A stretch of DNA of 64,000 nucleotides, from positions 1 through 64,000 of the forward strand of contig JASLKH010000035.1 of NCBI GenBank assembly GCA_030747675.1. Reading direction: 5' to 3'. Positions 45,400 to 55,717 of the stretch are shown in pieces (position 1 is the stretch's first letter; each line of letters starts with the position of its first letter). The translations under genes and the position numbers were made by a program. This stretch comes from Candidatus Thalassarchaeaceae archaeon (lineage in GTDB: Archaea; Thermoplasmatota; Poseidoniia; Poseidoniales; Thalassarchaeaceae). A model generated the notes under the pieces. It had not been told where the DNA came from. It did not search any database and was given only the letters and a program-made list of their open reading frames with translations.

Positions 45400-47625
45400 A
45401 TGGCAGATGATGACGACAAAACACTTCCACTAAGAGTGGCAAAAGCAATACCAAGCGATGTGGGTCATGGGCGTGCACGTGTGCCTTTTGACAACGATTT
45501 AAACCTGAAACCTGGAGATGTTATCGAAATTAATGGTGAACAAAGTACTGCGGCAATTGTCTGGAGGTGTCGGCCGGAAGATGCGAATTTAGGTGTAATA
45601 AGAATTGATGGCATTATTAGAAAGAATGCTGGGGTTAGTTTAGGGGACAAAGTTACTGTTAGAAAAGTCGAAACAAAACCTTGTACTAGATTAATCCTAT
45701 CTCCTGTAATGGCAAAGAAGCAGACCGTTCGTTTTGGGCCTGGAATTGAAGGATTTGCTCGCAGAGGCCTCAACAAAAGACCTGTGGTTGCTGGTGATCG
45801 AATCTTTATCCCTGGTATGACTCTCTTTGCTGAGGCATTGCCATTTGCCATTGTTTCTACGGTGCCTAAGGGCATTGTGCAAGTATTACCTGATACTGAA
45901 ATAGTCATCAAAGAGGAAGTTTTTGATGAAGAAGATGGAGGGGATGTTTCTTCGATAATGTACGAAGATATAGGTGGCCTAGGTAATCAATTACAGAAAG
46001 TACGAGAAATGATAGAATTACCACTAAAGCACCCAATTCTGTTCCGCCGGTTAGGAATAGACCCTCCAAAGGGAGTCTTACTCCACGGCCCCCCTGGGAC
46101 TGGAAAAACAATGATTGCAAAAGCGGTCGCAAATGAAACGAATGCCCATTTCACAAGTATTAATGGGCCCGAAATTATATCCAAATATTATGGTGAATCA
46201 GAGAAACAATTACGTGAAATTTTTGATAATGCTTCCAACAATGCACCTGCAGTTATTTTCATTGATGAGCTTGATAGTATCGCACCAAAACGAGAAGATG
46301 TTTCAGGGGAAGTTGAACGACGTGTTGTCGCTCAATTACTCACTCTAATGGATGGAATGCAAGGTCGAGATAATGTCGTTGTTATTGGAGCAACAAATCG
46401 ACCTGATGCTATCGACCAAGCTCTACGTAGACCTGGTCGATTTGATCGCGAACTGGAAATTGGAGTTCCCGATAAAAATGGACGCAGAGAAATTGTCAAC
46501 ATTCACACTAGAGGTATGCCTATTGCTGATGATTTTGATATGGAATGGATTCTAGAAAACTCATATGGTTTTGTTGGTGCTGATGTTTCTGCACTTACTA
46601 GAGAAGCTGCAATGAAAGCATTGCGACGATATTTACCTGATATAGACTTAGATCAAGATGAAATTCCTCCTGAAGTTCTTGAGAAAATGGAAGTTCAAAT
46701 GGATGATTTCAAACTTGCAATACGCGAAATTGAACCAAGCGCATTGCGTGAAATTTATGTTGAAGTTCCGGAAGTTTCTTGGGCAGATGTTGGTGGCTTA
46801 GAAGAAGTTAAAGAACGCTTGAAGGAGTCTGTTGAATGGCCACTCACAATGCCAGATAGATTCGAACATTTCGGAATAAAACCACCCCGTGGAATTGTTC
46901 TATTCGGTGCACCTGGTACTGGAAAAACGTTGATTGCGAAAGCAATTGCAAATGAAGCAAAAGCCAATTTCATTACCATAAAAGGGCCTGAATTAATTTC
47001 CAAATGGGTTGGTGAGTCCGAACGAGCCGTTCGAGAAGTCTTCAAGAAAGCGAAGCAAGCAAGTCCCTCTATCATATTCCTAGACGAATTTGAATCAATA
47101 GCAGGAGTTAGGTCACAAAGCAGTGGAGAAGGGTCTGATGTTTCAAATCGTGTTGTAAATCAAATGCTATCCAGTATGGATGGTGTCGAATCAATGGAAG
47201 GAGTGATTGTTATTGCTGCTACTAACCGTCCTGAAATGATTGACCCCGCGCTGCTCCGAAGTGGCCGCTTTGAACGAGTATTGCACATTCCACCCCCTGA
47301 CCACTCCAGTTTGAAAGAAATTCTAAAAATACATTCAAAGGACATGCCACTCGGGAAATTTGAACTCGATAATTTGACTGATAAAATGACTAATTTCACA
47401 GGCGCCGATGTTGAAGCTGTTTGCAGGGAAGCCGCTTTAATTGCAATGCGGGCAGAAAGAAAGACTGTTTCAAAGAAACATTTCGAAGAAGCAATTGGAC
47501 GTGTACGTCCAACTATAACCCCTGAAATGCTCGAGTATTATGGCAAATTAGAATCTAGACTTACAAGTGGACTAGATAGTATTCGTAGAAAAACAGATAC
47601 TCTAGCCGGAATAGAAAGTGTGTGA
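45400..47625 (+). CDS. cdc48: Cdc48/VCP/VAT AAA+ ATPase
   Basis: Double-psi barrel N domain; two AAA modules with GPPGTGKT and [13 protein letters not shown] and LDEFE, and SRH ATNRP/RPGRFD. Confidence 0.97.
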   Translation: MADDDDKTLPLRVAKAIPSDVGHGRARVPFDNDLNLKPGDVIEINGEQSTAAIVWRCRPEDANLGVIRIDGIIRKNAGVSLGDKVTVRKVETKPCTRLILSPVMAKKQTVRFGPGIEGFARRGLNKRPVVAGDRIFIPGMTLFAEALPFAIVSTVPKGIVQVLPDTEIVIKEEVFDEEDGGDVSSIMYEDIGGLGNQLQKVREMIELPLKHPILFRRLGIDPPKGVLLHGPPGTGKTMIAKAVANETNAHFTSINGPEIISKYYGESEKQLREIFDNASNNAPAVIFIDELDSIAPKREDVSGEVERRVVAQLLTLMDGMQGRDNVVVIGATNRPDAIDQALRRPGRFDRELEIGVPDKNGRREIVNIHTRGMPIADDFDMEWILENSYGFVGADVSALTREAAMKALRRYLPDIDLDQDEIPPEVLEKMEVQMDDFKLAIREIEPSALREIYVEVPEVSWADVGGLEEVKERLKESVEWPLTMPDRFEHFGIKPPRGIVLFGAPGTGKTLIAKAIANEAKANFITIKGPELISKWVGESERAVREVFKKAKQASPSIIFLDEFESIAGVRSQSSGEGSDVSNRVVNQMLSSMDGVESMEGVIVIAATNRPEMIDPALLRSGRFERVLHIPPPDHSSLKEILKIHSKDMPLGKFELDNLTDKMTNFTGADVEAVCREAALIAMRAERKTVSKKHFEEAIGRVRPTITPEMLEYYGKLESRLTSGLDSIRRKTDTLAGIESV

Positions 47626-47635
47626 GGTGAACAAG

Positions 47636-47878
47636 ATGCCTGCGGCTTTTAGTACTGAATTATCTGGCCGTAGAGTACTAGATCGACGTGGTGATTTGAT
47701 TGGAAAAATCGTCGATTTAGTTGTTGACGAAGCAACTGGGAATATATTGGGAATGCTGTTAAATCTTGATACTGGTTTGGATTCAAACCTGTTGCCATGG
47801 CCTAAACATGGAGACTATCTTCTCATTCCGACAGAAGAAATTGAGAGTGTAGATGAAGATATTCATATCGCTCGTTAA
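47636..47878 (+). CDS. PRC-barrel domain protein
   Basis: ELSGRRVLDRRGDLIGKIVDLVVD..TG; SD GAGGTGA overlaps the cdc48 stop codon. Confidence 0.88.
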   Translation: MPAAFSTELSGRRVLDRRGDLIGKIVDLVVDEATGNILGMLLNLDTGLDSNLLPWPKHGDYLLIPTEEIESVDEDIHIAR

Positions 47879-47895
47879 CCCGCCCGTAGGGCGGG
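47879..47895. terminator. GC-rich hairpin immediately after the PRC-barrel stop
   Basis: CCCGCCC-GTA-GGGCGGG; no T-tract follows. Confidence 0.35.
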
Positions 47896-47989
47896 ATGCA
47901 ATAGCCACCCATCACCACGCAACGGTCTTAAGGCTCGGTTCGGCGTCTTCCCCGTGCACATCGGACTCGATGTGGAGAGGTATCTGTAA

Positions 47990-49657
47990 ATGAATCTCCC
48001 TAATATCGACCTCAAAACCGTATTGCGGTCAAAGAAAGTGAGGCGCAGTGGCCTGACTTTGGCATTTTACTTAGTTCTGGCTTTGCTCTTGTATAGTATT
48101 GTCAGTTCGTACCTAGTCGATGGTGAACCACACCTTTCCGCATACGATGATGACTGGGACGACTTGTCCACTTTCAGAAATGATTTGATAGATATGGGAG
48201 TTGAAACTGGAAGTCTTGTTTCTTCTGCTGTTTTACTTGAAGAAATTGATAATCCGGAGGATACTGTATTTGTCATAACCGGAGTTGAACAGGATACAAT
48301 TTCACTTCCGAGGTTTACAGGAGATACTGATGTGGTTCAATGGCAAGAATCTGAAGGATATACAACAACTGAAATTGAATCTATCTTTTCCTTTGTAGCA
48401 AAAGGTGGAACAATTATTGTCATGGATGATTTTGGTTGGTCTGGTGCACTTGCCGAAGCCTTTGGTCTACAATACAGTGGACACAGATTGTACGATGCTG
48501 AATCTTGGGCACGAGAACTGGATCACAATTATATTTGGATGAATGTGACTGACCCTTACACATACACAACAATGGATATGTCGTCACAACACCCTTGTTT
48601 CTCAGACTCCGATGGTGATGGAATTATAGATAGATTAGATAATCTCCCCAATAATCCCACAAACCCACAACAAATCACAGAAAGTGATGCCGGACTATGT
48701 GCACACCATTTAGAACAAAATGGAGATTGGAATTTTTCAACAAATTATAATGTTCTTCTCAACAGTCCATCTGCATTTGACAAGGATGCTGCAGAATTAC
48801 AAACACAACGTCGATATGCAATAGGAACTTCTAGTCAAGATTCCTATCTTGATTCAAATAATGACGGTAACCTAACTGTAGGATTTGAAGGCGGTGGAGT
48901 GGAGAGTGATGAACAAGGACCTTTCACAATGGCTGTCAAAGTTTGTCAAAATGTGGATTGTGAGGAAAATGGGGGCATGCCAATGGGTCGAGCAATTTTC
49001 GTCACAGATGGTTCCGCTCTAATCAATGTCATTTATGATCACGATGATGCAAATGAGGGCGACTATGGCAGTCTTGATGGAAAAGAAATTCCACTGAATG
49101 ACAACCGGAAATGGATGCTAGACATGATTGCTGAATCGTTGTTATCACATGACAATTCGACTGATTCTAATGGAGAGCCCACTGGAGCTTCTGGCTCAGG
49201 AAAACAAGTTATTTTTGATGAAAGTCGTCATCAACAACCCAGTGCTATGGGAGATACATACAATCTAATTTACTACATATTGGTATACTTCACAAATGAT
49301 TGGATGGCAATGCTATTCCTCTTTCTGGCTTTATTCATTACATTTGAAGCAATTATCATTAAGAAAATTGACCCTGAACCATGGCGACATGTATTCAGTA
49401 TTATTTACTATGGATTTGGAGACGCTAGGCGCTATGGCTATTATGGGCGTGCAAACAAAGTAAAGCAAGTTTTACTTTCCAGAGTAAGGAATCTAAATTC
49501 TCTTACGAGAGATGAATTTGATGCTCTTCCCGCCAGAGAATTACAAAGAATGATTGGTGATCCTGTACTAGTTAAATTCGTATTTGAGGATAGGAACTAC
49601 AGTCTAGAACAATTAGTTGCAGTCGTAAAACGAGTCAAAATGTGGGGCCGAAAGTAA
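47990..49657 (+). CDS. DUF4350-domain membrane protein with a thrombospondin type-3-like Ca-binding insert
   Basis: N-terminal TM, FVAKGGTIIVMDDFG, IFDESRH plus a C-terminal TM, and DSDGDGIIDRLD. Confidence 0.75.
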   Translation: MNLPNIDLKTVLRSKKVRRSGLTLAFYLVLALLLYSIVSSYLVDGEPHLSAYDDDWDDLSTFRNDLIDMGVETGSLVSSAVLLEEIDNPEDTVFVITGVEQDTISLPRFTGDTDVVQWQESEGYTTTEIESIFSFVAKGGTIIVMDDFGWSGALAEAFGLQYSGHRLYDAESWARELDHNYIWMNVTDPYTYTTMDMSSQHPCFSDSDGDGIIDRLDNLPNNPTNPQQITESDAGLCAHHLEQNGDWNFSTNYNVLLNSPSAFDKDAAELQTQRRYAIGTSSQDSYLDSNNDGNLTVGFEGGGVESDEQGPFTMAVKVCQNVDCEENGGMPMGRAIFVTDGSALINVIYDHDDANEGDYGSLDGKEIPLNDNRKWMLDMIAESLLSHDNSTDSNGEPTGASGSGKQVIFDESRHQQPSAMGDTYNLIYYILVYFTNDWMAMLFLFLALFITFEAIIIKKIDPEPWRHVFSIIYYGFGDARRYGYYGRANKVKQVLLSRVRNLNSLTRDEFDALPARELQRMIGDPVLVKFVFEDRNYSLEQLVAVVKRVKMWGRK

Positions 49658-49671
49658 CGAGGTGAGCAAAG

Positions 49672-50922
49672 ATGTGGACACGGAAAGCAGCGTTGATGCT
49701 AGCATCAGGTATTTCTCTTGTTCTAATTGGAATGATGATTGCAAACTTCGCATTAATGATTCTAGGGCTGATGTTTTGCTCATTCCTTGCTATCAATGGA
49801 TGGGTCTCAGGACATGGGGATTTAGAAATCGTGCGTACTCTCTCTGCGGATAACCTCTACAAAGGAGACGATTTGTATGTTGAACTTGCAATCACCAATA
49901 ACTCATTTCGAAGGACTCAACAAATTGAAGTCTTTGACAACGTCCCTCATGAAATGAAATTGCGTAGTGGATTAAATTACATGCGTGTTAATCTCGGACC
50001 TAACGAAACCACACGTATTCGTTATGTCCTACGGTGTCCTTTACGAGGACACTATTCATTTGGCCCTGTATCCATCAGATATCGAAATACATTCAATTTG
50101 TTTAGCCAGGAGATGTATGTCGACCATCGCTCTGGGCTAATCGTCTTCCCTCAAGTTCGAGAAATTGAAGAAGCAATGATTCGTTCTCGTACCCCAAAAA
50201 TGTACACTGGTGCAGCCACACTACGGACCCCTGGCCCTGGTACCGAATTTTATTCATTGAGAGAATATGTACCTGGTGATCCATTCAAGATCATCAATTG
50301 GAAAGCATTTGCAAGAACTGGTGTAATGATGGTCAATGAAAAATGTCGAGATGCTGTAACAGATGTTTTCATATTGCTAGATTCACGTGATGTTTCAAGA
50401 ATCGGAACTGTTCTAAAAAACCCATTAGAAATGGGAACTATTGCTGCAGCCAGTTTGGCATCATATTTCATCAAAAGGCGTGATTCAATTGCACTGGCTG
50501 TATTTGATGATAAGCTATCTTACCTTCCTGCCGATGGAGGAGATAAACAATATTTCAAAATTCTAAGTAGCCTGGCAGGTGTTGCTCCTCGTGGCAATAT
50601 GCCTTTACAGGCAGTTACCAATGCATTAGCACCAAGGTTCAGTCGTGGAAGCCCTGTTTTCATTATCAGTAGTTTAGAGGGCGATGGAACGGTACCTCAT
50701 GCAATCCGGGATCTTGCTGGAAGAGGGCATGAAGTAGTCATATTATCGCCAAGTAGTATTGACTACGAGAGGTTAGTTAGTCGGATACCCCGGATGTCAT
50801 ATGAAGTCATGAAACTTGAGCGCCAGAATCGTCTTTCTGCTGTTGCAGGTTATGGAGCACGTGTAATTGATTGGATGCCTGATGTAGAACTATCTCAGGC
50901 ACTCCTTCAGGTGAAAATGTGA
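49672..50922 (+). CDS. DUF58 family protein (Ig-like plus VWA-like)
   Basis: GTEFYSLREYVPGDPFKIINWKAFAR...MVNE. Confidence 0.92.
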   Translation: MWTRKAALMLASGISLVLIGMMIANFALMILGLMFCSFLAINGWVSGHGDLEIVRTLSADNLYKGDDLYVELAITNNSFRRTQQIEVFDNVPHEMKLRSGLNYMRVNLGPNETTRIRYVLRCPLRGHYSFGPVSIRYRNTFNLFSQEMYVDHRSGLIVFPQVREIEEAMIRSRTPKMYTGAATLRTPGPGTEFYSLREYVPGDPFKIINWKAFARTGVMMVNEKCRDAVTDVFILLDSRDVSRIGTVLKNPLEMGTIAAASLASYFIKRRDSIALAVFDDKLSYLPADGGDKQYFKILSSLAGVAPRGNMPLQAVTNALAPRFSRGSPVFIISSLEGDGTVPHAIRDLAGRGHEVVILSPSSIDYERLVSRIPRMSYEVMKLERQNRLSAVAGYGARVIDWMPDVELSQALLQVKM

Positions 50923-52187
50923 GAGGTGAAACTATGGCAGATGATGTTCAACCTCAAGCAGAAGGGATGACTACACTACATCTTCGTGCTTTACGTAAAG
51001 ATTGGCGCGTCGTTGGTTTGCAAATGGTCGCAAGTCTTGCTTTAATTTGGCTATTCCTTACGATGACTCAAGTTTTTGGAAGTTGTCATCCTTCTTATGA
51101 AGACCAAGGAGCATGGTGTCCAGCACTAGATCATACTCTCACTCTGGATACGATGGATGAATATCTTGAAGACGCTGGTGGTGATTTCTCTGAATTACCA
51201 ATACCTGACTGGATGACTGGACAAGGCAACGATGGTGATGGCCGTTACCTTATGCCAATTTTCATCATGCTAACTATCGCAGCAGGATGGGTTTTACTAA
51301 ATTTTCAAGCTCCAAAATTACGTCGTAAAATTACCTTAGGTGTACTTGGGGGTTTAATTTTCTTCTTAGCGGGAATGTTTCTATTAACTTGGACATTTGG
51401 AATGTTAACTAGTTTTGATCTCTATTTACCATTTGGCCATAGCGATGAATCGATGAATCACGCCAATAGATTAGTGTGGCCGTTAGCAGTGTATATTGAA
51501 TCACTTATTGTGGTTCTAATATTATCACCTGTCCTCTTTGGATTGATGGGGATTTGGGGTTTATCAAAACGAATGATAAATTGGTCTGTCGCTGTGATGC
51601 TAATTTATCTCGCTCTATACGCTCTTCTCTCTTATGAAGGAGTAGTCAATCAATTGGCAGATAGTTCAGACCCGTACAAACCGGGGCTAAATCCCTTACC
51701 AACTCAAATTGGAGAAGCAGATACCCTTGGAGGCTTAATCTCCGGAGAAATTTGGAGTCTTCTTCTCATCGCAATTCTATTGATGGTTTATTCAGAGACT
51801 GCACATGCAATAATTCGATTCTTGGAGTATGCATTCCGTCTACCTGAATCGTGCAAAAAAGACCCAGAATACGTAGGGCAATTCAAAAATTTGTTAAACA
51901 GTCACATGCAACACACTGTGGTGATTATGTTTGCGATGGCTTTTGTCACAATGCTTGCACTAAAATTTGATGATTTAATAATTGAAGTTGTCTCTTGGGT
52001 GGGTTCAGGTCAGTGGAGTGGGCAAGTAAAAGATTCGCTTGAACTCAGATTGGTATATGGGAAAGTAATCTCAGCAATGCTTTTCCTGACTTTCGTTGCA
52101 GGTATGCGCTATGTGGTTCCATGGCAACGTGTTGCTGGAATGGTTGAAGCGGCTATTCGTAAAACTAAAGGTAATTCCAATCCCTAA
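50919..52187 (+). CDS. Hypothetical polytopic membrane protein
   Basis: About 9 hydrophobic segments; 4-nt overlap with the DUF58 gene. Confidence 0.75.
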   Translation: MRGETMADDVQPQAEGMTTLHLRALRKDWRVVGLQMVASLALIWLFLTMTQVFGSCHPSYEDQGAWCPALDHTLTLDTMDEYLEDAGGDFSELPIPDWMTGQGNDGDGRYLMPIFIMLTIAAGWVLLNFQAPKLRRKITLGVLGGLIFFLAGMFLLTWTFGMLTSFDLYLPFGHSDESMNHANRLVWPLAVYIESLIVVLILSPVLFGLMGIWGLSKRMINWSVAVMLIYLALYALLSYEGVVNQLADSSDPYKPGLNPLPTQIGEADTLGGLISGEIWSLLLIAILLMVYSETAHAIIRFLEYAFRLPESCKKDPEYVGQFKNLLNSHMQHTVVIMFAMAFVTMLALKFDDLIIEVVSWVGSGQWSGQVKDSLELRLVYGKVISAMLFLTFVAGMRYVVPWQRVAGMVEAAIRKTKGNSNP

Positions 52188-52471
52188 TTGCGCCTAATAT
52201 GAATTGCATTGATTAGGCGCCCAAACGCTTCAGAAATAATCAGTATCGCAATTGGTAAGCCACAAATTGTGGTTGTCCAAATCAGGTAGTTAGCCCAATT
52301 ACTATCATTCCATAACCAAATTCCTGCATAAACAGCAGAACAGAAAGTGAGGACAAAGGCTAATTTTTCCACTACATGTGGGTAGGCGCGACCACGGTAT
52401 TCAGTTCGACCAATTAAAGTCCCTGCTCCTTGAGCCGCGTCCATTGGAGACTGAGGCGTCTCATCCATCAT
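52184..52471 (-). CDS. Small 2-TM membrane protein
   Basis: MMDETPQ... with SD GAGGTGA overlapping the stop of the upstream coiled-coil gene. Confidence 0.75.
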   Translation of the reverse strand: MMDETPQSPMDAAQGAGTLIGRTEYRGRAYPHVVEKLAFVLTFCSAVYAGIWLWNDSNWANYLIWTTTICGLPIAILIISEAFGRLINAIHIRRN

Positions 52472-52478
52472 TTTCACC

Positions 52479-55400
52479 TCAGAAATCAAGATCCGAAAGT
52501 TCTCTTTCCAAGTCATCAAGCGCATCTCTATGTTCAGGATTTGCTGGAGGTGGTACACCATTTTCTGTTGATTCTCTTAAATCAGCAGAGGCATCGACTT
52601 TAGATAACTCAACATCAATTTGTGCCATTAATTCAACTTCTGAAGGAATTCCAGGGGCATCTACAGGTACAAGGCCTGCAGAAATCCGAGTTGAGATATC
52701 AATGCCATCGTTTTCAGCAGCTTCCTCAATTGGTTCCCACGTTGAATTTGATGCAGGTGCTTGCTTAACATCTGAATTAGGAACTGCCGTAGAGGCACTT
52801 GAGGTGACCATATCTGGAACAATTACTACAGGTGTATCTTTCTCAATTGGATTCATTTGAATCACAGCATCATTGTTAATCTCTGGTGTTTCATGACGGG
52901 CCAAACCATCCGCCTCAAACGGAAGGCTTCCCGTACGTTGGAACGACCAAATTGCCCCCACTGGTTCATCACCAGATAGTCCTGCAACATCCAGCCTTCG
53001 TAGTAACTGTTCCAACACCTCAACAGTTTCTGCTAAACCAACAGCATCTCCTGCATTCCTGCGATCAGCATCAAGATATATTTCATCTAATGAACGTTGA
53101 ATCATTCTGCGTACTTCAACTGAAAGGTGAGGTAATGCTTCAGGCATATGACTAAATCGTTCCAATGGCTTAATCTCCTCTGCTGGTAAACCAAGATCAA
53201 CTAGGCCTCGAAGTACCTCTTCTAATTGGGTTAACATTGTTACTGAAGTCTCATATTCATCAAGGAGACCTTCAAGATCAATAACAACATGCTGCACAGT
53301 TTCTGCCAATTGATGCTCGAGTCGAGATTGCACACTCCACCGTGTCAACCCACGCACCGTATTTGCTGTTTCGGGGGCCTGACGTTCAAGTAAATCCATG
53401 ACCTCAGTTGAAAGAAGATAACGCGGTGTTCTTGCTACTTCGTCGACACTGTGTTGAATTATGCTAAGTGCGCGCTCAACTGCTCTGTCCAATAATACAA
53501 TGCTGTATCCTCGACTCCTTGCATTTGCCATACGATTCAATACTGGTTCAAGACCTGAAAGGCCACGGTCATCACCAAGTAATGCTTGAGCGAGGGGTTC
53601 TTCCGAGAGGCGAGCTCGAATTTTATCTGCTTCCTGTAAATCAACTAAGGCCAATTCATGCGCTTCTTCCAAATCTTCAGCTTGTTCTAACAACATTCTT
53701 AATTCAGTTTCAGATTGAGCTTTACGTGCATCTAAATCCCCTAATTCACGTAATAGTAAGCGTCTTTCTTCCATCATTTCTCGCAATTCTGATTGCATTA
53801 TCGTTGATTTTCTCTCTGAATCAGATAAGCGCCCTCTTTCCTCTTCCATTAATCGACGATGAGCATGAGATTCAGCCTCCAAATCTCCAAGTTCGGCTCG
53901 TTGTGATTCTATGCGACGTTCAGTTTCATCCAATTCTGCTTGTCCTAAACGATGCCTATCTCTTTGGGCACCGACCTGTTCTGTGAGAACTCTTTGCAAG
54001 CGTTCATCATGATCTAATGATTTTCGCACCTCGTCCAAACGTGTATCTGCAGCAGAAAGTTCCGATTTCACGCGTGCTTCTTCTTCGGATAACTCTCGTA
54101 AATCTTGAAGCAAGGATTCTCGTGAATCAAATTCACCGAGGGCACTGGCTAACTCTTCAGCCCTTTTTCCAACCATATGCTCTAATTCAGCAACTCGTTT
54201 CGATAGCCTATCGGATAATGATGTCGCTTCATCTGATGAACCCTCAGCTGAGCGAATTCTTGCAGTCAAATCATCAATATCTCTATGCAAAGAACTTCGC
54301 TCGTCTCTTGATTCTGATAAAGAATTCTCCAAGTCATGCATCGTTTCTCTAGCATCATCTCTAGACGAGCGTGCATCTGATAATTCCCTTTCCAAACGTG
54401 CCTTCTCACGCTCTAAGGATATTCTCGAATGCTCAAGTTGTTCTAACCGCTGCTTGAATTCACCAGATGCTGGAGTCAATACTTTCCCTTTTGGACCTGG
54501 CATTAATTTGGCAGTTCCTGAACCAGCTTCAATCATTTTCCAGGACGTACGGCCTACTTCCATCGCTTCAACTCCGAGTGCAAAGCCAAAGAGTGCATCT
54601 AGACGATTTGAAAGTAATTTCTTACGATCTTCAGATCGAGTACGTGAGTTTGTAATTGCATCAACAAGGTGGGCTAAAGACCAGTCCTCAACAGTGGATC
54701 CAGCTAGTCCGAGACGTGAGCCTCTATCTAATCGATGAAGTCGTAACCTTCGAGTAGATGCAGTCATGGAATGTACTGAGTCTGACAATGTCGCCCCTAA
54801 TGATTCACGTATTCCTGATGGGACTCCATCAATCAAAACTATTGATATTGAATCATCTGAATCACTCATTGATTCTAAATGCCCAGTGATTTTGTCTTCA
54901 TCAGAAATTCGAAGCATGGATATTAATTGATCAATTCCACTTTTACTTTCCTTTACAATGAAACCTTCGGAAAGTTCACCACCTTCTGTAATTACGTCAT
55001 CTGGTTCACCAACGACTAAACTAGCAGCATTGGACAATACTGCATATCCATCCGCTGAATGGCGACACCATAGACCTACGATTGCTTGACCTGTCTCAGA
55101 AAAAATTAGTTGCCCTTTATCTAGGCGTATGCTTGCAGATAATGGATCTGATTGTCCGAACTCTGAAGCCATACTGCGAAGTGCATTCATTCTCTCTTGA
55201 CCTGTTTCAGCTAATCCCTGTGGGGTGCTAGGCAAATTGCCTGAATTATGAATCAAAACACCGTCTTCAAATGCAAGTGCACCCATGATTTCATCTGATT
55301 CTGTCAGTTTATCGACGAGTAAAGCAATGTCCTTTGTATCTACAGGTAAGGCCGCTGCCCCTTGAGCAAGTAAAGAGGCCACATCTGTTGGATCAGGGAA

Positions 55401-55715
55401 TGCCTCAGGGATTCTCTGAGCCACTTCAGTAAATTGCATTATCGACCAAATGGCTCCCCGTGCACGTAAATCATGACCGTCTGATATTTCCAACAACCTC
55501 GCTTTAGCAGCCATCCCAGCAACAAAAGTTTGCTTTGCTTCTGCTTCCGCTAACCACCCTACAACTCGTCCACCGTGAACTAGGCAATGGGCTGATGCTG
55601 TTTTTGCTCTGGATTTATAGTGTGAGACGACGCCTGTTTCAAATGGCATTTGTGTCTGAATAACACTCAAATCAGCTTCTGGATCGACTGGGTCACCTGG
55701 TGGTAAATTAAACAT
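52479..55715 (-). CDS. 1078-aa protein: PATAN/DUF2226-like, Roadblock/LC7 and long coiled-coil regions (SMC-like composition, no ATPase motif)
   Basis: Roadblock pattern at about aa 130-235; heptad E/R/L-rich coil at about aa 420-715; no Walker A or B and no TM segment. Confidence 0.75.
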   Translation of the reverse strand: MFNLPPGDPVDPEADLSVIQTQMPFETGVVSHYKSRAKTASAHCLVHGGRVVGWLAEAEAKQTFVAGMAAKARLLEISDGHDLRARGAIWSIMQFTEVAQRIPEAFPDPTDVASLLAQGAAALPVDTKDIALLVDKLTESDEIMGALAFEDGVLIHNSGNLPSTPQGLAETGQERMNALRSMASEFGQSDPLSASIRLDKGQLIFSETGQAIVGLWCRHSADGYAVLSNAASLVVGEPDDVITEGGELSEGFIVKESKSGIDQLISMLRISDEDKITGHLESMSDSDDSISIVLIDGVPSGIRESLGATLSDSVHSMTASTRRLRLHRLDRGSRLGLAGSTVEDWSLAHLVDAITNSRTRSEDRKKLLSNRLDALFGFALGVEAMEVGRTSWKMIEAGSGTAKLMPGPKGKVLTPASGEFKQRLEQLEHSRISLEREKARLERELSDARSSRDDARETMHDLENSLSESRDERSSLHRDIDDLTARIRSAEGSSDEATSLSDRLSKRVAELEHMVGKRAEELASALGEFDSRESLLQDLRELSEEEARVKSELSAADTRLDEVRKSLDHDERLQRVLTEQVGAQRDRHRLGQAELDETERRIESQRAELGDLEAESHAHRRLMEEERGRLSDSERKSTIMQSELREMMEERRLLLRELGDLDARKAQSETELRMLLEQAEDLEEAHELALVDLQEADKIRARLSEEPLAQALLGDDRGLSGLEPVLNRMANARSRGYSIVLLDRAVERALSIIQHSVDEVARTPRYLLSTEVMDLLERQAPETANTVRGLTRWSVQSRLEHQLAETVQHVVIDLEGLLDEYETSVTMLTQLEEVLRGLVDLGLPAEEIKPLERFSHMPEALPHLSVEVRRMIQRSLDEIYLDADRRNAGDAVGLAETVEVLEQLLRRLDVAGLSGDEPVGAIWSFQRTGSLPFEADGLARHETPEINNDAVIQMNPIEKDTPVVIVPDMVTSSASTAVPNSDVKQAPASNSTWEPIEEAAENDGIDISTRISAGLVPVDAPGIPSEVELMAQIDVELSKVDASADLRESTENGVPPPANPEHRDALDDLERELSDLDF

Positions 55716-55717
55716 GT

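Noticed and set aside
52479-55715. Calling the coiled-coil protein SMC or Rad50
   Set aside because: No Walker A/B, signature motif, hinge or zinc hook; only the composition is similar.
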